DNA of 64,000 nt from Octopus bimaculoides (taxonomy: Eukaryota), in assembly GCF_001194135.2 (NCBI RefSeq), contig NC_068984.1, positions 143,013,364-143,077,363 of the forward strand, given 5' to 3'. A program made the position numbers and the translations under genes. Below, in pieces: positions 52,796 to 64,000 of the stretch (position 1 is the first letter of the stretch; each line of letters begins with the position of its first letter). The notes below the pieces were generated by a model. It was given only the letters and a program-made list of their open reading frames with translations, ran no database searches and was not told the DNA's origin.

Positions 52796-52940
52796 AAGTT
52801 AGCGGTTCGGCAAAACAGACCGATAAGATAAGTACTAGGCTTACAAAGAATAAGCTCTGGGGTCGATTTGCTTGACTAAAGGCGGTGCTCCAGCATGGTC
52901 GCGGTCAAATGACTGAAAGAAGTAAAAGAATAAAAGAATA
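52793..52940 (+). mobile_element. SINE family A 3' half
   Basis: ccgtaagttagcggttcggcaaaacagaccgat..ctggggtcgatttgcttgactaaaggcggtgctccagcatgg..gactgaaagaagtaaaagaataa. Confidence 0.88.
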
Positions 52941-52941
52941 T

Positions 52942-53174
52942 CTTAATATACTTATGTAAATCAAAAACGATCTCTCAGCTCTGTGTCTGTCTGTCTGTCT
53001 GACTGACTCTCTCTCTCTTTATATANNNNNNNNNNNNNNNNNNNNNNNNNNNNNNNNNNNNNNNNNNNNNNNNNNNNNNNNNNNNNNNNNNNNNNNNNNN
53101 NNNNNNNNNNNNNNNNNNNNNNNNNNNNNNNNNNNNNNNNNNNNNNNNNNNNNNNNNNNNNNNNNNNNNNNNNN

Positions 53175-53212
<38 letters not shown>

Positions 53213-53289
53213 AGAGAGAGAGAGTCAGTCAGACAGACAGACAGACACAGAGCTGAGAGATCGTTTTTGATTTACATAAGTATATTAAG
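52942..53289. repeat. About 84-bp inverted repeat arms around (TA)n and a gap
   Basis: 52942-53025 is the reverse complement of about 53200-53289 except for one CT unit. Confidence 0.92.
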
Positions 53290-53820
53290 CATACATGCAT
53301 ATTACTTTTCAAAGTACATACCGTACCGCCTCAATTCCATTGATTTTTTTCTCATATTTACCGACCTACGTTTCAGTTTTCCATATATCTATCTACATTC
53401 CTCTGTATACAACTTACTTACATATATATATCGATACCCTTCACTCCCTCTGTATGTGTGTTGCAATTAAATATTTCTCCATCTTACTAATGCAAATTCG
53501 TATTATACTTATTATGATCCACACTGTTATATTTATGTTTGTCCCAGTTCTCTATATTCCTATACGTCTTAACACTTTAAATATCGATATGCTTTATCAT
53601 GTATGCATTGCTATTCTATATTTGCTTGTTTTCAGGACACTATATTTGTTATATGTCAGCCATATTCAAATTTCTTTTGGCCTATCAATGGCACATTTAA
53701 AATTTTCAGTATTTGTGTTTGTGTGTGTGTATAAAAATTAATATAGACAGCCGACTGCAAAGTGTTACCCAAAACAAAAACTATAATTATCACTGAATAT
53801 AATTAGGATGTTAGAAGACC

Positions 53821-53870
<50 letters not shown>

Positions 53871-56263
53871 NNNNNNNNNNNNNNNNNNNNNNNNNNNNNN
53901 NNNNNNNNNNNNNNNNNNNNNNNNNNNNNNNNNNNNNNNNNNNNNNNNNNNNNNNNNNNNNNNNNNNNNNNNNNNNNNNNNNNNNNNNNNNNNNNNNNNN
54001 NNNNNNNNNNNNNNNNNNNNNNNNNNNNNNNNNNNNNNNNNNNNNNNNNNNNNNNNNNNNNNNNNNNNNNNNNNNNNNNNNNNNNNNNNNNNNNNNNNNN
54101 NNNNNNNNNNNNNNNNNNNNNNNNNNNNNNNNNNNNNNNNNNNNNNNNNNNNNNNNNNNNNNNNNNNNNNNNNNNNNNNNNNNNNNNNNNNNNNNNNNNN
54201 NNNNNNNNNNNNNNNNNNNNNNNNNNNNNNNNNNNNNNNNNNNNNNNNNNNNNNNNNNNNNNNNNNNNNNNNNNNNNNNNNNNNNNNNNNNNNNNNNNNN
54301 NNNNNNNNNNNNNNNNNNNNNNNNNNNNNNNNNNNNNNNNNNNNNNNNNNNNNNNNNNNNNNNNNNNNNNNNNNNNNNNNNNNNNNNNNNNNNNNNNNNN
54401 NNNNNNNNNNNNNNNNNNNNNNNNNNNNNNNNNNNNNNNNNNNNNNNNNNNNNNNNNNNNNNNNNNNNNNNNNNNNNNNNNNNNNNNNNNNNNNNNNNNN
54501 NNNNNNNNNNNNNNNNNNNNNNNNNNNNNNNNNNNNNNNNNNNNNNNNNNNNNNNNNNNNNNNNNNNNNNNNNNNNNNNNNNNNNNNNNNNNNNNNNNNN
54601 NNNNNNNNNNNNNNNNNNNNNNNNNNNNNNNNNNNNNNNNNNNNNNNNNNNNNNNNNNNNNNNNNNNNNNNNNNNNNNNNNNNNNNNNNNNNNNNNNNNN
54701 NNNNNNNNNNNNNNNNNNNNNNNNNNNNNNNNNNNNNNNNNNNNNNNNNNNNNNNNNNNNNNNNNNNNNNNNNNNNNNNNNNNNNNNNNNNNNNNNNNNN
54801 NNNNNNATATATATATATATATACATATGCATATATGTACGTTTGTACAAACGTATACACATATATTAACGCACGCAGAGAGACGCGCAACTCGCACACA
54901 CTCACATGCATTTTACACTGCCACACGTATGAGTGGGGTATATATTGTTAAAACACGCATTTTAATGCATTCTGCTGTGCATGCATAACAGAATATAAAT
55001 GCACATCTACGCCCACATATACACTGATACATTTTCTCACCACAAATATATACCCGATAACATTGACACACGCACGTACACCGACGTCTATACAGATACA
55101 CGAGCACAGGCTCATACATAGACGTAAAGGAAGATAAGAACCACAAACTGGACCGCCATTGTATCAAATCTGACGTCAATTTAACAAAGAGGAAAAAAGA
55201 CCCCACTAATTTGAGCATAAAACGAAAAGGAAACCTTTAAACACCCACATACACCCACCCACTCATAGAGATATACAAACACACACGCATATATACGTAT
55301 ACATACACACACACACATATATATGTACTAATACATATATATATATATATATATATANNNNNNNNNNNNNNNNNNNNNNNNNNNNNNNNNNNNNNNNNNN
55401 NNNNNNNNNNNNNNNNNNNNNNNNNNNNNNNNNNNNNNNNNNNNNNNNNNNNNNNNNNNNNNNNNNNNNNNNNNNNNNNNNNNNNNNNNNNNNNNNNNNN
55501 NNNNNNNNNNNNNNNNNNNNNNNNNNNNNNNNNNNNNNNNNNNNNNNNNNNNNNNNNNNNNNNNNNNNNNNNNNNNNNNNNNNNNNNNNNNNNNNNNNNN
55601 NNNNNNNNNNNNNNNNNNNNNNNNNNNNNNNNNNNNNNNNNNNNNNNNNNNNNNNNNNNNNNNNNNNNNNNNNNNNNNNNNNNNNNNNNNNNNNNNNNNN
55701 NNNNNNNNNNNNNNNNNNNNNNNNNNNNNNNNNNNNNNNNNNNNNNNNNNNNNNNNNNNNNNNNNNNNNNNNNNNNNNNNNNNNNNNNNNNNNNNNNNNN
55801 NNNNNNNNNNNNNNNNNNNNNNNNNNNNNNNNNNNNNNNNNNNNNNNNNNNNNNNNNNNNNNNNNNNNNNNNNNNNNNNNNNNNNNNNNNNNNNNNNNNN
55901 NNNNNNNNNNNNNNNNNNNNNNNNNNNNNNNNNNNNNNNNNNNNNNNNNNNNNNNNNNNNNNNNNNNNNNNNNNNNNNNNNNNNNNNNNNNNNNNNNNNN
56001 NNNNNNNNNNNNNNNNNNNNNNNNNNNNNNNNNNNNNNNNNNNNNNNNNNNNNNNNNNNNNNNNNNNNNNNNNNNNNNNNNNNNNNNNNNNNNNNNNNNN
56101 NNNNNNNNNNNNNNNNNNNNNNNNNNNNNNNNNNNNNNNNNNNNNNNNNNNNNNNNNNNNNNNNNNNNNNNNNNNNNNNNNNNNNNNNNNNNNNNNNNNN
56201 NNNNNNNNNNNNNNNNNNNNNNNNNNNNNNNNNNNNNNNNNNNNNNNNNNNNNNNNNNNNNNN

Positions 56264-56294
<31 letters not shown>

Positions 56295-56325
56295 TATATA
56301 AACGGGAGCAGTTGCTCACAAAGCG

Positions 56326-56366
56326 AACAGCAGATGAGCACAATAGCTGCCGAAACACGAACGGTG
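56326..56366 (+). ncRNA. Degenerate hammerhead-like motif next to (TA)n
   Basis: aacag CAGAUGA gcacaatagctgcc GAAAC acgaa cggtg; U4 and the cleavage triplet are mutated. Confidence 0.3.
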
Positions 56367-56653
56367 CACATAACTGCAATAGCTGCACATAAACATAAAA
56401 GGCGGAATTAGCACATAAACATAAAATCTATTTAAATACGACAATTACTATTGAACCCTCTCACTAGATGCAAACAAAATGGCTTCTCAGCAGCCCATTT
56501 GCCCAGAAACTCCCCTCTCAGTTCCATCGACGCACTAGTTCTCCATATACGCACCTACATACTCACATCCGTGCGTACCGCCATGCGTTCGTATACCTGT
56601 GTATGTAATAGCGAAGGCGTTTGTATAACCAACATGTACACAGTTATACATGT

Positions 56654-56684
<31 letters not shown>

Positions 56685-56936
56685 CGTATATGCGTGTGTG
56701 TGCGTGTGTGTGTGTGTGTGTTTATGCGTGCGTGTTTGTAAATAGGCGTTTAGATAAATGGGGATCCATTGAAGGATACTACTATATGACGATGACATAA
56801 ATAGTTATATACCGGCTTTTTCCTTTTTTTTTACGCGTGCGTGTGCAACATAACTACGCAACATAACTATGCAGTATACATTTATACATACACACACACA
56901 AACATCCATGCATTTGTGCATGTATTCATATATGTA

Positions 56937-57004
<68 letters not shown>

Positions 57005-57173
57005 AACACATGCACATGCATTCGTGTATGTATATGCATTTATATACATGTATACCCATAAATATATATAAATATGTATACATATATATACACACTCGCT
57101 AACGCATGCACACATATATGTTTATATGAATGTGCTTGCATGTGTTGTGTATAGATATGCATTTATGTCTCAA

Positions 57174-57208
<35 letters not shown>

Positions 57209-57344
57209 TTACGTTTTCTGTGGGAGGGCGCACACACGCACCCATATACACACACATATATATAAATATACAGGATATCTCCCAAAATATGTATTCAGAT
57301 TTTAACACCTAATAACTCAATTTTCATTTCTTTTTAGATTTAAC

Positions 57345-57890
57345 CCATTGGAGATAATGAAGAAAACCAGAATAAATTTCGATTGGAACAAAGGAAATTC
57401 ATTCTAAAGTGGTTCTGGAAGTGTCAAAACATGGTGGAAGAACAAAGACCAATTTAGGGAAGTGCTTTTAACAGATACACCTTCATCAGTAACAATCATT
57501 CGAATTGGCGATATTTTTTAAGCTGGCAGAAAAGTTCATAATGTCCACAAGAAAAGTTCCGGGTGATGGCGGATATCGATGAACTCTGACAAGCAAGAAA
57601 GCGCACTGGAAACGAATTGCCATAGTTCAAAAGTAATTTGTGTCACGCAAATCGTGAAACACGAATTTCAAAATCACGCGTCGATCGCATTTTGAAGCAC
57701 TTTCAATGAAAATGCTACATTCAAAGAAACGGTCATGCTTTTAATGAACATGATCCGGACCGAAGCGTAATGTTTTGCAGGTTGTACGAAGCTAACTGCA
57801 TGAAGGATGCTCACTTTCCGTCAAAAGGTAGTTTGAAATAATGAAGCTATTTTATATTAAACGGCTCAATTAACCACCATGATTGCTTTT
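57345..57890 (+). mobile_element. Tc1/mariner-superfamily (maT/DUF4817-type) transposase N-terminal half, decayed
   Basis: RLEQRKFILKWFWKCQNMVEEQR..TIIRIGDIF..RETRISKSRVDRILK..HAFNEHDPDRSVMFC..NGSINHHDC matches the DUF4817 HTH and the region up to the SDEA motif. Confidence 0.85.
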
Positions 57891-58296
57891 GCGGGGTGGG
57901 AGCCTGACCAGTATATTACAAGTGGCCTGTAGATGTCTTAATGTCTAACGTATTTAAAGGGTTCGGGAGGTGGAAATGGAATAAGGATCCCGGTTTTCGA
58001 GGGATGTCGTCAAGAAGATGGAAGAGAACTACTAAGATATAGGTATGCAATTGGATAAAAATGGTCATAGAATGCTACAAGAGAAATGGTAGCTGTAAGA
58101 TTAGTCTCGAAACTGTGGCATCTGGGATATTCAAGAAAATAGCAATCAACTAGAAACAACTGAAGAAAATTCCTGTGAAGAAATAAATATGGAAAAGGGA
58201 ACAGTGAGAAGAGAATACCAGGGATATTGCTTTCCTTAGATCTGAAAACGAGAATTTGCTGGGTTCTACCGATGATAGAATTATTCTATATATTAA

Positions 58297-58492
58297 GGTG
58301 GTGAGCTGTTGGAATCATAAACACGCTGGGAAGCGCTCTTCGTGATATTTTGTCTGACGTTACGTTCTGAGTTCAAATTCCACCGAAGTCGACTTTGTCT
58401 TTCATCTTTCCGTGTTCGATATACTAAGTACCAGATTTCACGTAGAGGTCGATATAAACGACTTACCCCCCATCACCCGAAATTGCTGGCCA
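58297..58492 (+). mobile_element. SINE family B copy
   Basis: ggtggtgagctg..gttacgttctgagttcaaattccaccgaagtcgactttgtctttcatc..aagtaccag. Confidence 0.85.
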
Positions 58493-58684
58493 ATATTTGA
58501 AACCAATTTACAAGTGACATATACACATTATATCATATAACCACAATTTCATTTGGTGACAACATGTAAATTGTACGTGTGACTTTTCATAGAATTACAT
58601 TGCTTTCAGATACTTTCAATCTCATTCTATCATACAAATAAATTATTTAAACATTCTCCATCCATTTTCTTCCCTTCATCATTT

Positions 58685-58738
<54 letters not shown>

Positions 58739-58752
58739 TATANNNNNNNNNN

Positions 58753-58920
58753 AGCCTGGTGGGGTTGCCAGTTTAGTCGCCGACGACCCGACCATGCAAT
58801 CTGTGTGGGTGTTTTTTCAAAACACTGTCTGGTTTAAAAAGCCACATCAGACGCCATGAAAGGGCTAAGGTGTAGGTGCAGGAGGTGGTCAAACTCTGTT
58901 TAAGGAGTAGACAACCACCA
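58753..58920 (+). mobile_element. RTE-clade LINE extreme 3' end
   Basis: TTRPCNLCGCFFKTLSGLKSHIRRHERAKV* then a short UTR ending in a (TA)-rich tail. Confidence 0.75.
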
Positions 58921-59779
58921 TATATATTATATATTATATATATTATATATTATATATATTACATATTATATATATATACATGTGCGTGCTTGCGTGTATT
59001 TTTTTGAATTGGAATAAAAGAGGAAATGTTTATTGGTAGTATCCTCAAAGCAAATAATACAACTGTAATATATACGTACACACACGCATACACAGAACGC
59101 ATGCGCGGAGGCCAACCAAATAAACGCCAATAAAGATATGAAATAAACGTTTAGTATCCAGACTTTTCAAAAATTCCGAACTATAAGCAGAGACAAACGC
59201 TAGTGCACACACACATACGCACACATACATATTGACACGCAGAGATGGAGCTACATTCGCATGTTCTCTCTAATGCACTGATAGAGTGACGTATACCACA
59301 AAAACGCACGTACACACATTCACACATTAGGTTTTTGATACAAACAGACCTGAAGTTGATCTGGAGTGGGGTCGGCATATGATTGATGAGGACGCGATTG
59401 GTGAAGAAAGGACTTTGTCAAACATAAATGATGATTGATTAACTGAATGATGAATGAAAGCATCGATTAGTTATGTGGCTAAATAGTTATCCGGTTGATG
59501 AATAATAAGGAAGTGAAAGAGAACCAGACCTTGAGTTAATTACTGGCGTAATGATCGTCCCGCGATACAACAAAATCTCCTTCAATTTGTTTCACTCAAC
59601 CACTTGGCAAATCAAATACAAAAATATTATCTATCTATTTTTCTGTCTGTCTGTCTGTCTATGTCTGTTTATCTATCTATCTATCTAAATATGTATCTAT
59701 CGGGGAGACTCAGTGTGACACACAGACAGATAGACAGACAGATAGATAGATAGATGGAGAGATAGATATGAACGAAATC

Positions 59780-59868
59780 GGAGGAATTTGAACTCAGAAC
59801 TTAAAGACAGACGAAATGCCGCGCAGCATTTCGCGCTACGTGCTAACGTTTCCGCCAGTTCGCCGCCT
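59780..59868 (-). mobile_element. SINE family B 5' fragment
   Basis: gaatttgaactcagaac..aagacagacgaaat..gctaacgtttccgccagttcgccgcc. Confidence 0.85.
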
Positions 59869-60289
59869 TGACGGTTGTATAGTTACTGCCATGGGAGAGA
59901 TTGAAAATTGAATATCGTTCCACCTTCTGGATTAAGTGGCGTTAGTGTTAGGAATTAGGGATTTAGAGTGAGGGATTAGGGCTGTTGTTAAGGATTAGGG
60001 TTTTCGGTTGAGGAGTGGCATACTGGTGGTAAATGCGTATAAATGGATGTTGTTCTTGATGTTGTTGATGTTTGTGTTGCGTAATTGTCATTCTTATGAT
60101 TTGGGAGAATGTCGCTGTTTTTGCTTTGATCGTCGTTGTTTATTGTATTGTTGTTCTTGTTACTGTGGTTGCACTCGTTTTTGCTGCTGCTGCTGCTGCT
60201 GCTGCTACTGCTGCACCTAATACAGGTCTGTTGTAATTTTTATTGTTGACATTGTTGTTGAAGTTGTTGCAAATTTTTTCCTCCTTCTC

Positions 60290-60509
60290 CATCTGCTTCT
60301 GCTTCTTCTTCTTCTTCCTCCTATTCTTCTTCTTCTTCTTCTTCTTCTTCTTCTTCTTCTTCTTCTTCTTCTTCTTCTTCTTCTTCTTCTTCTTCTTCAA
60401 TTTCTTCCCCTTCTTTTTCTACTTCTGCTATTTCTTGTTCTTCTTTTTCTTCTCCAGATATGGTTGTTGTTGCAGCTACTGATGATGATAATGATGATGA
60501 TGATGATGA

Positions 60510-60557
<48 letters not shown>

Positions 60558-60560
60558 CGA
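60290..60560. repeat. (TTC)n followed by (GAT)n(GAC)n arrays
   Basis: Direct inspection. Confidence 0.95.
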
Positions 60561-60855
60561 CAATGACGAAACTTCCAACGAGAACACAGTAAGCACTGCT
60601 GATGTTGAAAGTAAAATAAAACTGGAATGTCGCAACCGTATCTACCCCTGCAGAATTTTCTGTATAATTTTGTATTTGTGCATTGAGAATATGGTGTAGT
60701 CCAGAACCCAAGGGTTCGGGTATCGATATCTTGATTTATAATCTTGTCTTAGGTCTCCCTACTCCTTTTGTTTAAAGTTGAAATACCGCCCAGTCATTTT
60801 TGCTGTTCATCGTTGCGAGATCGATAAAACAAATTATCAAATAACTACTGGAGTC

Positions 60856-61322
60856 GCCTCCTAAATTATTCTTTTCTACTTTAGGCACAAGGTACGACAT
60901 TTTTATGGGGAGGCGTCCAGATCGACTCCGGTATGCAACTGGTACTTAATTTATCAACCACGAAAGGATGAAAAGCAAAGTCGACCTCGGTGGAATTTGA
61001 ACTTAGAACATAAAGACAGATGAAATACCGCAAAGTATTTCGCCTGGCGTGCTGACGTTTTTGCTAGCTTGCCAACTTCGCCTCCTAAATTATTTTTTCT
61101 ACTCTAGGCACAAGGCCCGAAATTTTGGGGGAGGGAGCCAGTCGATTAGATCGACCCCAGTATGCAACTGATACTTAACATATCCACCCCGAAAATATGA
61201 AAGACGAAGTCGACCTGGGTGGAATTTGAACTCAGAACGTAAAGACAGACGAATTACCACAAAAATTTTGCCTGGCGTGCTAAGGTTTCTGCCAGTTCGC
61301 CGCCCTTGCCTCCTAAATTATT
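60856..61322 (-). mobile_element. Two tandem SINE family B copies bounded by three copies of gcctcctaaattatt
   Basis: 15-mer at 60856, 61080 and 61308; SINE bodies about 60880-61079 and 61100-61305. Confidence 0.92.
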
Positions 61323-62491
61323 GATGCTCCTATGTTACAAATTCTTGTTGTTAGTATTATTTATTTATCATGAAGCACCGGACAAACCACATAGCTTTGT
61401 CTGAATGAGATTATCTACCTTGTGAGTTCAAACCTTGGTAGAGGTCTACTTTGTCTTTCAGCCTCTAAATTCAATAAAAGAACCATTTGAACTACTGGAC
61501 TCCATATAACCGACTGCTTCCTTCCCTAGAATAATTGAATTCTTGAGTTTATGCTAAAAATATCTATAGTTAACAGAATGACATTTTTTTTATTGCACTG
61601 TCAGAATGGTAAGGAAAGGATCTATGAGATTTTTCTGGAATTGTGGAATTGTTGGGAAAGAGAAAAAGGAAGTTACTCTCTGTCCAGAAACCTGACTCAA
61701 ATACTCGCAACAATGTACATTCGGCGAAAAACGTGGTCAGATGGTGTTACATCATGTCTACCACCCAACAAATACATGAACAATCTCACCAACGGACTTC
61801 CATTAGTCCCTGTCTACCGAATTTCACTCATGGGTCATTAGTTGGCACAAAGCTATTGGTTTCATTGGCGCCTGGCCAATGAAAATGGTCGATGAAAGAG
61901 TAGTCATTAGGGCGATGCGAGTCGCAGCACACATTTGCCAAATACTTGGTTCTTTGCGGATTTAAGCTTATAAATTCCAGCAGTTATACGTTGATGGTGA
62001 TTTCGACAAGCAAACTGAACAAAAATGAACGAAATAAAATGGTCTAAGGTTTGATTTGAATCTAAAACTGCAGGAAACGATATATTCAAGGAATAGATAT
62101 GCAATATGCTTTAAATTTACCTGTCGACCAAAACGTTCATTGCATTTTAAAATGTCGATTGATGCTGGAAAACGTCATGTTGGAGACCATCAGTGAAAAT
62201 TTAGTATTCCAGAATGCAATTAGGTAGCCATGATTCTTACAAGACAAGAATGTATTAAGAGAAACGTTATTTTGAAGAATAGAGACAATACAATTCAAAA
62301 GAGTAGAGACACACAGAGTTTAGAATGCTCGTTAGTATCATTTCACATGTATAGACAAAGTAGATGGCAATACTGTACTCTTAGAGTCAGATCAAACAAT
62401 GCTGTTTCGTGTTACGATACACATACCTCTTCATAAACTGCCCAGCTAAATTCAAAGCATTCTACAGTTGTCAATATATTTTCAACAATAA

Positions 62492-62703
62492 GGCGGCGTG
62501 CTGGCACAAACGTTAGCACGCCGGGCGAAATGCTTAGCGGTATTTCGTCTGTCTTTAGGTTCTGATTTCAAATTCCGCCAAGGTTGTCTTTGCCTTTCAT
62601 CATTTCGGGATCTATAGATTAAGTAGCAGTTGCGTACTGAGGTTGATCTAATCGACTGGACCCCTCCCCAAAAATTTCGGGCCTTGTGCCTAGAGTAGAA
62701 CAA
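62492..62703 (+). mobile_element. Full-length SINE family B
   Basis: ggcggcgtgctggcacaaacgttagcacg..gttctgatttcaaattccg..ctaatcgactgg..gggccttgtgcctagagtagaa. Confidence 0.92.
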
Positions 62704-63959
62704 TATGTAGTAGATATTTGTTTTGTAAATTTGAATACTAGAAACTAAATTACATTAGGACTTGACGAAAGAAAGCGAAAACTAGGTACAAAGTGAAAGC
62801 TTTAATCTCCACGCCATACATTCACTTTTGAAGTAAGCATGTAAAATGGTGCATGCTGGACCGGCTTTGGACACCTACCTCACATTAATCACAAATGCGC
62901 TGTGAATGTAGAGTAGTACGTTTACATTTCATTTGTAAGTGATTGGGATTCGATTAGCTGTCCAAAGACCTGTTCGAAATACTTCATTGTTCGTACTATC
63001 TCACAAGTGTCCGGCTACTGTGAGTGATCTGTTATCTCCAATCATAATCTGGTTGGTATTTTTGGATGTTTCAAAATACTTTTGGGTGAGATATTGCTTT
63101 CTTTTCCTTTTATGTAGACTGACAAATTTATCTCAAACAACCTGTGGTTATAGGTGAATCAGCAAATGATCTGGTGCTGTTGTTTGTTTCACATCAACAA
63201 AATGCTGCTGATAAGGTAAACTGATAATATATCGGAACATGCATTAAAAGAAATGCAGCTTTATTGTCTCATTTCTGGGGTATACATTGGTGGACATCTT
63301 TGGTAAAGCAAGAGATAACCACTCACTCAGCAGCTTCAATGTCCATCTTGAGAATATGCAAACACTGTATTTCATAGAAAGACAATTTTTGAAAGTATAC
63401 TCGCAGCACTCGTAGTTTCTTTCGCCAAAGCAATTTAGTTGTTCAAACGCTGCTTTAGTGTCAGTTTCCTTCATTTTATGTGTGTATCAAAACAAAATGG
63501 CGAAGAACGGAAGAAAAAATTATTCCGACACTGAATGAGTTTAACTTCCGTAATTGCCTCAACTGTTCACCCAAGTCAGTAAGAATACTTCTACGCAAAT
63601 ATGATCGAACATCTAGTCAGACAACCAACGTCCTTTCAAAGGCTTTACACAAAGCTTCAGATGAACGAGTTAATTTACAAGCACCCTCAAAATTGCGAAA
63701 ATATCTTGGAATGTTGAAATCATGAATCGGTATCTCCCAATACTAACTCATTAAAGAGCATAAAACAACAGGCACAGCAAGATAATCTTGGAATTAATGG
63801 TGGTTTCAGTAATGACATAGTCAATACAGCTCCTTCCTGCTACCGAGTACAATTTTTTAGTAAAACTGGAAGATTAATTTGCATAAATATGGTATACCAA
63901 TATAGGCGTAAATATTTTTATACGTGTAAGAGTATATATGAACTTATGTGTGTATATAT

Positions 63960-64000
<41 letters not shown>

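Noticed and set aside
59941-60003. Scattered TTAGG/TTAGGG words suggesting an interstitial telomere
   Set aside because: Only a few non-adjacent degenerate units

Overview
AT-rich metazoan draft-assembly scaffold. It has about 21 N-gaps, nearly all next to microsatellites, and its SINE families and repeat content best fit a coleoid cephalopod, probably Octopus (inference). No complete, recognisable host gene is present, and almost every ORF in the supplied track is a microsatellite or gap artefact. The interpretable sequence is a set of transposon relics: two Penelope-like element (PLE) fragments, CR1-group, RTE, L1/Tx1 and R4/Dong-type LINE 3' ends, five Tc1/mariner-superfamily fragments and more than 15 copies of two tRNA-derived SINE families. 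The most interesting layer is four hammerhead-ribozyme (HHR)-like motifs of the PLE-terminus type. One has a near-canonical core with a very long branched stem II inside an 850-bp segment flanked by 26-bp direct repeats. Another pair sits head-to-head as a 94-bp palindrome. Other observations are a SINE/LINE shared 3' tail seen directly in the window, a permuted R4-type end, a SINE doublet with a triplicated target site, and several low-confidence spliced-exon candidates (one with a nidogen/NIDO-like LYPFG start, one with a ubiquitin-like motif).
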